A DNA stretch of 64,000 nt from the NCBI GenBank assembly GCA_028534125.1, contig CM052816.1:16866001-16930000 (forward strand). The letters are read 5' to 3'. This document shows, one piece after another, positions 49,335-60,500 of this stretch; the first letter of the stretch is position 1; the number at the start of each line of letters is the position of its first letter. The notes under the pieces were generated by a model. It was not told where the DNA came from. It searched no databases and saw nothing but the letters and a program-made list of their open reading frames with translations. Position numbers and translations under genes: made by a program. This DNA is from Lama glama. Its lineage: Eukaryota.

Positions 49335-52300
49335 TTAGTATTTTTTGCCAAAAGGCCCAGATTTGAGTAAAGGGGACCGCCGTGAGCGTAGGATCCGGGC
49401 ATAAGGGCTGCAGTCTGTTGAGCTTTGGCAGGTGGGTGTTCGGGGAAGTAAGTTTCGAAGAAATGGTTTCTTCCCTGGGGGCTGTTGGTTTGGTTGCTGG
49501 TTTTCCTGGTTGGCACCAAGGCGCTTTTTGGTAGAAGTCTGGCCTTGGAGTTTTAGCACAGTATGATACTGCTCTGCAATGCATGCTGCCTTCTTCCGAA
49601 GGTCCAGTTTTACTAGCATCATGTTATTCTGCAGCTCAGCCAGGGTCTGATCCTAAGGAAGATCAATAAAGTTACAGAAAACATTTCTGTCTGGTATATT
49701 AGAGAAACAAGAAGGCAAGAAAATGCACGCCATCTGCTACTAGTTACTAACAACGGTTTTTACAAAGATTAACTCTTTAAAGTCAGGGCTTATAATTGAA
49801 TAGGGGGCTATTTTCTTTAAGACTCAAACAGCACTGAATAGAAGGGACTTCTATTTTCTAACATATAAGGTGGTATGAGCTTGAATAATTTTACTTAGCC
49901 TCCAAGAGCCCCAGTTCCTGGGTATCAAATTAGTCTAAGATGTATTTTTTAAAAACATTTTTAGTATCTAGAATCAAGATGCATTTACTGATGATAATGT
50001 CATAGCTTAATCATTATTGTTTTGTCTTAGTAGTGCATAAAAATAATGGCTTCTTAGAATCTAAGTATCTGGGATAAAATATGATAGTATATACCTCCCT
50101 AGGGTTGTTATGACAAAGTTTTGTACCATAGTGCTTGTATTTTGTGAATGGTGATTTTTATTTTGCAAGGAAGAGAAACTAAGATTAGCCTAAAAATCTT
50201 TACCTTCCTCTTCTCCTCATTTTCTTTCTCACATAAACACTGGAGTGGGCTGATGGGAGATAAAGTGGTATATAGGCTGCCCTAACCTGTTTGATTAAGA
50301 TGTCATCACACGTGGTCAAGGCTTGGCGAAGTTTTCCTGCTCCAGTGCTGTGGCAACAGGCTCTTTCTGCTGACTGGAGAGACTCCTCAAGTTTCTGAAG
50401 CTCTGTCCGCAGCAGCCTTATATTCTGGAAAAGGAGAAGGAACCAAATTGTGGCCAAGATCAACCAGGATGGTGATCTGGAGGAATCGGAGAAATTGAAG
50501 AGAAGTAAAATTGGAAAGGTTAGTTGAATGAAGTAGCCACTGTCCTGGATTGTGCACAAAAAACACCTTCTCACATGAACCAGGGATATTGGAAATTGCC
50601 TTAGGCAAGAGCTTTGGTAACGGAGAAAGGTAATTACCTTCTGGCCCTCCTCTAACTTCTTGTCCACATCAATGATGAAGGACTTGGCTGAGGGTGGTGG
50701 TTCTAACATTTTCTGATACTTCTGCAACTCTGAGGGAAGGAAACAATAACCTTACATGTGTAGGCTTTCTAACTTTGGACTTACATGTCAGAAGGCCCAA
50801 GTTTAAAGAACAGCTTTCCCCTGAACACTGTTCTTCTTTCTGCTCCCTGTCCTTCCTCACCTTCAGTGGTGGAGTTTAGCTCTGCTCTGCATTGTTCAAG
50901 TTTAGATTTTATCTCCTGGAACTGCTGGGTGGAGGCAGAAGCCGCTGCCAACCTTTGTGACCGCCGTAGGGACAGTTCAGACCCTGATTGTTGATGGGCC
51001 ATTGGCTGCTCTCTAACTTCCTGCAAGAGAGCTTCTAACTCTTTAATCTTCTCATCCCTTTCCTAAGAGAGAAGCAGAGAATACAATTCAGAGTCAGACA
51101 GATCCTGCAGGAACAGATGACTGAACAAGGAACTAAAACTTCCTGATGCCTGGGCCTTGAAAGCCTGTTTGTTAGCACTTAAACTATTTCTTGGCCAAAC
51201 AAGCCCTTAATCAATTCATCAAACATAGACTGACACATGCAAAGCACTAAGGAGACTAGAGAAGGGTGAGATATATTCCTGCCCCTACCAGAGTTGATAA
51301 AATCTGTTTACCTTAGGCAAGCTAGTGACAGGAACCTGCGCAGCTAGCTGGGGCTGGTTCAGGGCAACTCACCTGAATTTCTTCTTGGTAAAAACTCGTC
51401 AGTGACTCCTTGAGGATCGTTAGTTTCTCTTCATACATCTCCTCTAATAGTTCCTTTTGGGTGTCCAAGTGTTCACTGTCAGAAGAGAAAAGAGAAGTGA
51501 GTAAACATTCTGAAGAGTGAGCTTTGAGAGCAGGTCCTGAGGCACTACTCTGTCCTAGTCCCTACCCTCAGGGTCACTCAGCTGGTACCTGCACCACTGT
51601 TCCCGTTGTTGCATCTGCTCCACCATCTCATTGCAAATTTCATCACGGAGCTGCATCTCCAGCTGCAACTTTTCCTGCCGTTCTTTTAAGAGCAGTGCTT
51701 TCATGGCTCCCACTACTTGTAGGAGCTCCTGGGAGGGACACAAAAGTCACAGGTCATCAGATGCCGGTGCCCTAAAAAGGCACAGGTCCACCTGAAGTTA
51801 GCATGGGAAATGTGTAGTCATCAAGATGCTGCACCAAAAGCTCTCCTGCATGCTCACCTCCTTGCCATATGTGGAGATGTCAACTTCATTTTCAGTGTCA
51901 TCATCAAGGCCTGGGTCTGTCTTAGCTCCTGTCTCTAAGCTGGGAGATGCCCGCAGACTGTGTTCCTTGATGAATGAATGTAGTGATGGGAATCCCAGTG
52001 ACACAGGTGGAGCATGCACAAGCTAGTGAAGAGGAAAACTCTTAATTGAATCCAACACTAGTCTCTAGTATCTTCCTTAAATACGGTACCAGCTCAAAGT
52101 GAGCACAATTATCACACCTACAGCATCTTACCTGGCTAGCAATGGCTGAGAACTTGGCCACATGAAGGGTCTCATCATAGGTAGATGCACAGGGATTCAC
52201 ATTGACAATCATACAGGAGCGACCTCGGCCTGTGAAGAAGCCTTGGAATACTCGGGTCAACTTGCTGTCACGGAAGGGAACCAGGTTCTGCTTTGACCTG

Positions 52301-55300
52301 AGAGGGAATCAGAGGGAACAGAACTGTGACCAGAACTCCAGCCCTTGGAGGTATCCTAGCACTAGCCCCAGTGATGACCAGGAAGTCTCTTAGGAAACAG
52401 CAGAGCTCCAGGCCATCCTGGCCCATAGCTTGCAGTGAAAAGTTTACCGGTTCTGCTGGTTTTGGCGTAGGGCAGCAATACAGCGGCCCAGGGTGTGCAG
52501 AGAAGTGTTAATGTTTCCTGCTTCCTTCAGTCGCTCACCACTCTTCTGATCTTTGCAGCGCTCTGAGCCAGCCAGATCACAGAGTGATAACCTTGAATGA
52601 TCGACAGGATCTGACATAAGGACTTGATACATTATGAGCTTTCTAGGACTTCATATAGTTCTAGGGAGGGGAAGACCCATGAAGAATGTCTGTACCCAAG
52701 GAAGGAGAGCATGAATCTAACAGAAGCAATTCCTGAGAGGACTTCCTCTGCCCCCCAACTACAATTTTATGGCCAAGAAGCCCAAAATTCTGAATGGAAA
52801 AACTTACTCGCTAATCTTGGGGATTATATCCCCTTCCCCCTGAAGGTGCAGGATCCGAATTGAGAAGATGCTATGACTAGAAGTTAAGAAAAATGGAAAA
52901 GTCACTGCACATCTTTCATGTTCAGGTAGAGGACTAATATTTTCCTGTTACACAGTGAGAGGTTGACTTCCACAACCCACCCACCTGCGGCTGGAGTTCT
53001 GGTTCAAGTGGGTGCTGGCGAAGCTCTGGTTTTTACGACCCACTTTCAGGAGTTTCCAGGCCTCCTCAGCATCCTGAACATGAATCCAATTGAGATCTGA
53101 GGCCAAGGAGAGAAGGACATACATAAGATGGGAGCACCAAACTCTATTCCTAGTTTCTCCCTAAGTGCCCTTCAGGGTTCACGCCAGCCTCCCTGCTTTC
53201 CCATACCTTTCACGTAGGGATTGCCATTCTGATCCTCACACAGCCGCAGAGTCTGCCTCTTGCGCTGTTGGCTAGGCAGTTCTAACAGGTCATAAAGCAG
53301 TTCATTGTAGATCTCAAAGAAGGAGATCCAGATGGAGAAGCGAGTGTCTGCAGGGACACTTATAGGGGCAGTGTCTGGCTGTGCCCATCGGTGACTCGTT
53401 TCTGAGGAAGAAGCCAATGTATAGGTCATCAGCCCTAGAGTAGTCCATTTTCCCTTTGGCCTGCAAGAGCCTCAGAAGGTGGAGCTTAGGTTGCAACCTC
53501 TGGTCTATCCCCCGGGCAGTTTTGGGGAGTATGGAATGGGTTCCTACCGTTACTTGGCACAGAGCCCAGTGATGGTACATACCATCCAGCTGGCTACTGC
53601 TGGTAAACTGACTGGTGGAGGAGAGCCCAGCAATGCCACTGTCAAAGCTGGTGCTGGTACCCATCCGATTTTCAATGTAGACACTCCTCTTCAAGGAGGT
53701 GGACAGTTCCTCCTGGAGGGGCCCAGAGAGAAGATAAGCACAAAACTTTCTAGAGATTTGTACTCCTATCTCTGCCTCTGTGAACACCAATACTTTACCT
53801 CTTGGAGGCCTCCATTTAGCAGGGCCAGTTTCTTCAGTTCCTCCTGCCGGATCTGCTTACTGTCTAGCCACATTACCTCGTTGGAGAGTAAGGGCTTCAA
53901 GTCAGGTGTTGGATGAAGTTGGCCTTGGAGGCTATTGAAGATCAGAGTCAGGGACCGGGGCAGGATCCCTACATCCTTGATGGTACCTGGAGGCATGAGA
54001 AAGGTGGATAGCTGAGGCAAGTGCTATTCCCCAACTCAGGGCATCAAAAGGCAAAAACAATCAGCTGTTCTGTGAGGCCTACTACTCACCTTGAATTGTG
54101 TGGGTTTTCCCCGAGTTAGTGACTCCATATGTATAGATGAGCCAGTTCTGTCCTTTGAGTACGTCCTTTACCATCTCCTTCACAGTTAGGTTGAAGAAAG
54201 ATGCCTGTCCCACTTCTGGCCCAAAGATCTAGAGATAGACCCAGTTTTCAGAGGCTCATCCTTCATCTCCCATTTTCCTCCTCTATGCAGCCAGCAGATA
54301 CATCCCTTCCTGGTTTGTTGGCTCTGGAGACTACCTAAGCATCTTCTTCCTGCAGTGCTGCCAGCTGCTCCCTAAACACTGAGGACTCAACCACTCTCTG
54401 GCAGTCCAGCTTTCATCCAAATCAACAAACACTTAAGAAATGCTATCCACTAAGTCCACTGCTACACATAAAATCGGGCAACATAATGGTCATAAGCAGG
54501 GGCTTGGGAGATGGATGAATCTAGATTCAAGTCCTAACTCTACCACTGACTAGCTACATGACTTCAGCAACATCCCACTGAGCCACAGTATCCTTGTTAG
54601 TAAAATAGGGACAAAAATGATAATGATAACAGTTGTTGGAAATTAACACACACAAAGTACTTGACACACTGAGTAGGAGATAACAAGAGTCCCTAAAATT
54701 GTAAACATGCTTATATAAGGAACTCACGGTGAAGTAAAAAGCTTTCTAAAGAGAGAATAAAGTTGCCCCTACAAGTTGGTCCCTTGTTCACATATCAGTA
54801 CCTCCATACCTGGGAAAAGGTGAATCTGTGGGTGGCTTGTCCAATTCCTCTCTCGTTGCTCTTCTGGGCAAAAGAGTCCTTGGGTGCCTGTAGGGCAAGG
54901 GTCTCCATATTCTCAATATGGACACAACCCTGAGAAGGGGGGAAACATAGTTGTCACAGAAGAAAACATTCCTGGGAACTTCTACTGTACTGAATCATTC
55001 CACCTTGAATCCTCCCTCCACAGAAACTTACCTGATCCTCCTGTCGTTCTAACTCCGAAGGTAAGAAGGGCCTGACCCTCAGGTACACTTTCACCTTCTC
55101 CGTACTATCCTCAAATGGAACCTGTGGCATAATTCCAGGCCAGAACCACAGATTAATCTCAGAAGTTACTTCTGAGCAGATGGGCAACTATAGCACAGTT
55201 CCTGGGAATCATGCTAACACTGCCCCATTCCACCTCACATGACTCTGTGCAACTATTCTTTGATTCCATAATCCTTCCAACCTACATGAACTTCTTCACT

Positions 55301-56455
55301 ACTTAATTACCCTTCCTTGTCTCTTCAGTATCCTGAAAACCTGGCTTGCCACAGATTATCTGAGTGAGAACTGGTTGACTGGTATGAAAATCAATATGTG
55401 ATATTATGACAAAACACAGTAGTTAAGCACTCTGGAGGCAGACACACCTGAATTTGAGTCCCAATTCCATTATTTAGGAACTATGAGATCTTGAACAAGT
55501 TCTTTAAATTATCATTACCTCAGTTTCCTCATCTGTAGAATGGGGTTAATAACAGCATCTATCATGTGTTCATTCATCAGATATTTAGAGATTTGTCTAC
55601 TCTGGGCCCAGGAACTCTTAGGAGGCTCTGGTAGTCCACAGTGAAGGACATTAACAAGGCTCCTTCTCTTATGAAACCTCTACAAAAGAGGAGTCTTCTG
55701 AGTAGAGTTCTCAACCATGGCCACTTCCAAGAGACATCGAGTAATGTTAGGACAGGTTTCCTGGTCACAAGTGGGAAGGAGCTACTGACATCTAGTGGGT
55801 AGAGGCCAGGAATGCTGCTAAACATCTTAAAATGCACAGGACAGCCCCCTAAAACAAAGAATTATCTGGCCCCAGACACAATAATGCTGCAACTGAGAAA
55901 CCTCATCTCAGCAGAAAGAAAGGCTCCAGAAATGAAAGATTATGGTTGATGTTAAAATCTGAATGTATATACCATCTACTTAATGGCAATGTGACCTTGT
56001 GCAAATTATTTAACACGTCTGAGACTCATGGTGAAGGACAGATACCTATCGTCTTCCCTCATAGAATTAATTAACTGACAGTATGCATTTGAGGATGTTT
56101 CATTAATGCAATGCAATTAATAGTTTTCTTATGGACACAACCATACATTTTTTACTTGTTATGCTGTTAATTTTGAGTTGGTCTCTCTAACACTAGAGTT
56201 GCTGTATTTCCGACGCCATGCTACTCCATAGACAACTATTAGGCTGAGGATATCACTTTCTGCCCCCCAGAGATTCTCCAACTCCTTTACCTGCTGCTTG
56301 TCTTCCAGGGAGGAGGAGATGACAGAGCAGTCTGATAGCAGGTCCTTGCGTATCACAGACCCCAAATCCGCAGCTGTGGATTCGAACATGGGGGAGACTA
56401 CGACCTCCTCATCCGACAGCAAGCCGGCTGGTGGAGAAAGGATCCCTTGCGACAT
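49335..56455 (-). CDS. KIF20A: Kinesin family member 20A (MKLP2/RAB6KIFL, kinesin-6), complete, 891 aa. Coding exons (5'->3' on minus strand): 56455-56291, 55121-55032, 54929-54810, 54228-54090, 53986-53799, 53712-53583, 53401-53207, 53096-52985, 52876-52808, 52591-52448, 52297-52132, 52022-51858, 51728-51589, 51475-51373, 51062-50861, 50729-50638, 50424-50287, 49652-49335
   Basis: Exon lengths sum to 2676 nt in frame. It starts [15 protein letters not shown] and contains the P-loop GVTNSGKT, switch I NQNSSRSH, switch [17 protein letters not shown] and [10 protein letters not shown] coiled coil follows, and the C-terminus is [17 protein letters not shown]. Confidence 0.98.
55703..55903 (+). 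mobile_element. MER20-like DNA transposon
   Basis: The sequence reads 'gttctcaacc...catctagtgggtagaggccagg.atgctgctaaacatc...gcacaggacagcccc...acaaagaattatctggccc...tgagaaacc'. Confidence 0.8.
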
Positions 56456-56899
56456 GACAGCAGGGGCAGATTAGGTCTAAAAAGAAACAAGAGTAGGAAG
56501 GGAGAAGAACCTTAAGGGACAAAAGGGGCTGCAAATTCTAAGAAACAATTCCTTTGCCCCAGGACAACTTGGTCTCTCTGCCTGAACTCCTACTCCCTTT
56601 TCCCTTCAACTACCAGCAAAAGGGAAGCGAATGAGAGAAAAGAGTCAATCATTTAATTCAGTCTGAGGCAGCATTTCCGACCACGAACATGAATGAATAT
56701 ATATCCGGCTCCAAAGGCATGCTCCAGGTAGGATGCCTTGCTCACCGGTGTCAGTAGCTCTAGGCATCTTCAGCCTTGCCTCAAGCCCACAGTGAGGACA
56801 GAGGTATTAAGAAAGAAAGGGAGGATGGCGGCAGTTCCGCTTTCCGGAAGCCTAATTTTCGAGGGCAAGAGCAAGTATCCCAGCTGGGCTCCAGTACAT

Positions 56900-57510
56900 C
56901 GGCACACTCACCCGAAGACGCCACACTTCTCCGGTACCGGCTCACTCACACCCAGCCTCCGAACCTGGACTTTCCCAGCCTAAGAGCACAACTCCGCCCA
57001 CGAGGTGAACCTTTGTTACTGATACAATGTTTTAAATTACGCGCGGCGTTCGTTCGGCCAATCAGACAGCGAAGTCTGCAGCTACCAATCAGCGCAAGGG
57101 GGCGGGCGAGACTGGGAAACGGTTTACTGCAGCTTGACCCCCTCCGCTCCAAAGTGGGTCCGGGTTACCAACTGTCGGATTTTGGACTTGGGTCGCCTGG
57201 AATTTCGGCTTATCGCTTCTTCTTGAACCCTAGGCATTTCTTTTCTAAGAAGCGTAAAGGAGTTCCTGAGGCTTCAGCCGCCATTCTCTGTCCTTTAGCA
57301 CATTCCTTCCCAGAAAATCACTAGTGACCCGGTTTAGGGCCCTTGTTCGTCCTGAGGTAGAGGTGGGGGACTACATCTCCCAGGAAGCACCGCGAACAAA
57401 CACCGGGACTCTATTCCCCAGAATTCCTCGGGGTTTCGCCCTACCAGACGGTATTCGCTTGGGAGCGAACACTTCGGGGCCAAGATGGCGACAGGAACAG
57501 GCAGTAAGTG
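56900..57510. promoter_or_regulatory. Bidirectional CpG promoter of KIF20A (-) and BRD8 (+)
   Basis: The two start codons are divergent and ~1 kb apart. Motifs: CHR-type TTTAAA (57031-57036) with an adjacent GC-rich CDE-like element, CCAAT boxes (57058-57062, 57085-57089), a GC box (~57098-57106), a ZNF143/THAP11-type ACTACAnnTCCCA motif (57370-57382), and YY1-like CAAGATGGCG over the BRD8 ATG. Confidence 0.85.
56912..57020 (-). other. KIF20A: Probable non-coding first exon of KIF20A (5' end approximate)
   Basis: A strong donor CGG|GTGAGT at 56912/56911 lies just downstream of the CHR. The ATG-containing exon has its own acceptor (TTAG, exon edge 56476). Confidence 0.6.
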
Positions 57511-60500
57511 TTTTCGCTGCTTTTTGTGGAAAGTCTTTGTAGAGTTGAGGCCAGGCAACAAATTTCTGTCACACGCTTAGGGAGTAGGAGCAATGGGTTT
57601 ACCTTAGGGTCCAGGACTTTCAGAGACCTGCGCTCGACGGCTTTGTTAAGGCCAGTGGTTGGGTTGGGGCCCAGGAATGTAATCTAGTGTCTCAGTAAAG
57701 CCGAAAATATTTGAGAGAAGCAGCTCAGGGACTTTTATATGTTCGGGAGTTCTGCAGTGTGAGAGGAAAAGGTGCCCTAGAGACTCGGGCGTGTGTACAG
57801 AGATGTGAGCCATACGGAGTGGCTGGCATCTCAGGAGTTATTTTCTGACGTACGTTTGTGGGGCCCATATTCACAGAGAAATGGAGTATTTTAACTGTGA
57901 GCTTTTTCTGCAAGGGGGGAAACTGCATTTCATGCATCTCGGCCATTTTCCTGTTTCATGGATTGGAAAGATTTTTCAGGCCCGACAGCTAAAGGAGGGA
58001 GGGGCGGCGGGAGTTGTTACTGAGAGAAGTAAACAAGTTTATGCTAAGAAAGAGGCGGGGCAGTAGGAGAGGGTGGCCGCTCTGAATCTTGGGAAACAAA
58101 CCTTTGGCGTGCAAATTGAAATAAAGCATTCTTAAAACAGGGCCTTTCGGGAGAAGTGTCCTATGTTAATCTGGCAGTCTCCCCTCCGCACCCACCCCCC
58201 TTAAAAAAAATAAAGCAGAGTAGCCATGGCATTTGAAGAAATAAGATGTTTTGCCGGATACTCAGTGTAGTTCTCATGCAATGAATAAGCACCACCCCAG
58301 TTGTGGTATTTACTAGAGAGGGGAAAGTAAGATTTGGTGATAGTAGCTCACTTTATCCTTGCAGGTGAGGATGTTTTGTTTTAGGCTTTTAGTCTTCACT
58401 TTGGAGTTTAGAACTAGTGTCTCAGTGGTTGTCTCTAAGTCTTAATCTCCTTTCAGAACATAAACTGCTGAGTACTGGCCCTACAGAGCCATGGTCCATC
58501 CGAGAGAAGCTGTGTTTGGCGTCTTCTGTCATGAGGAGTGGAGATCAAAATTGGTAGAGTATCAAGGATGTCTGCTTTCTTGGATCTTAAAAACTGTTGG
58601 GTATTTTTTTTAACAGTGGTGGAATCCTAGTTAACCTGTAAGCAGTATTTCTTTTTTAACAGCTTTATTGACATATAATTCATATACCGTAAAATTAACC
58701 AAGTATATTCACATAATTTAGTATTGAATTTAGATTATTTTAGTAAAATTAAGTGTTAATTTTAGAACATTTCAGTTACCCCTTAAAGAAACCTCTTACC
58801 TCTTAGCCATCACTCTGCAATCTCCTCTTCACCTCCCTAACATCTCCCCTCCCCTTACCCCTCTAACCATTCATCTACTTTCTGTCTCCATGTAGATTAC
58901 CTATTCCAGAAGACGTTTCATATAGATGGAGTTATATAATTTGTGGTCTTCTATGACTGGCTTCTTTTACTTAGCATAATACTTTCAAGGTTCATTCACG
59001 TTGTAGTATGTATCAGTACTTTCTTGTTTTGATTGAGTAATAGTCGATTGTATGGACATGCCACATTTTGTTTATCCATTTGTCAGTTGATAAATATTTG
59101 ATTGTTTGCTCTTTTTCGACTATTGTAATTCATGCTGCTGTGCACATTTGTGTACAAGATTTTGTGTGGACATGTTTTCAATTCTCTTGATAGAGTGGAA
59201 TTGTAACTCAAAGTTTAACTTTTTGAGGAACTATCAAACTAAAAAGTGGCCCCACCATTTTACATTCCCACAAGTAATAAATGAGAGTCCCAGTTTCTCT
59301 GCATGCTTGACAACATTTTGTTTGTCCTTTTGGTTATAGCTAAACTAGTGGGTATGAAATGGTAACTTATTGTGGTTTTGACTTGCATTTCCCTGATGAC
59401 CAATTTTTTGGGGCATCTTTTCATTTTCTAATTGTCATTTATATATCTTATTGAGAAATGTCTGCTCAGATCCTTTGGATTCTTTTTCATTTTATTGAGA
59501 TTTAAGAATTTTTTATGTATTCTGGATGCAAATCTCTTGTCAGATGATTTGCAAATATTTCTTCTATTTTATGTGTAGTCTTTCCACTTTCTTTGGTATT
59601 ATTGACATCTGTTCATGTTGTTTACAGTACAAAAGCTTTTAGTTTTGATATGTCCAGTTTATCTATTTTTTTCTTTTGTTGCTTGTGCTTTGGGTGTCAT
59701 AGCTAAGAAACCACTTCTACGTTTTCTTCTAAGAGCTTTTAACTCTACATATTGAGATGTCTTTGATCCATTTTGACCTAATTTTTGTGTATGTTGTAAG
59801 GCAGGGGTCTCTTTTGCATGTAGATAGCCAACTGTCTCAGGACCCAGTATTTGCTGAAAAGACTGTTCTTTCCCTATTGAATTGTCTTGGTTCACAGTAT
59901 TTCTTTTAAGTACCAGAAGGTAGGACTGTGTGTGGTTTCCAATCTTTTTTGCTACCAGTACATACTCCTTCATTTTTAACATTTGTCTTTCTTCCCTCCT
60001 CTTGTTCCCTCAGGCTCTAAGGATGCCTTTTAATTGTCTTCACTGTTCTAATTACTTAATATACAAATTTATATCTGTATGGTATGTCTCTGCTACTTTA
60101 ACCATTCACACGAGTTTACCAAAGCACCATTATTGTCACATTTAGTGCTTCTGCAATTTCATGTATTTTTCAAATAACTTTTCAAAGATGAAACCAGGAT
60201 ACTCCAGGTAGCAGTTGTTCTTGAGCCGGTAAACCCCACCATAAAATGAAGCAAACTAATTTGATAAACCTCAGATTGAACTTAAATATAACTCAACTTA
60301 AATATAAACTGAACTCATTTTTAAACAAAACACCAAGTAAGCTGGTTGAAGTGGAATTCAATCTATATTCTTACATTTTATTAGAAAAATAGTATAAGAA
60401 CACTTAAGTAAAACTGAGAAATTTTAAATTATATTTTTTAAGGAGGTACCAAGTTGTAAGATTCAAAATTTAAAGTGGTACACATTATTTTTCTTTCTTC

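Noticed and set aside
56776..57324. 182-aa ORF spanning the KIF20A/BRD8 promoter
   Set aside because: It has a TTG start, crosses core promoter motifs and has no recognisable domain, so it is most likely a GC-content artefact.
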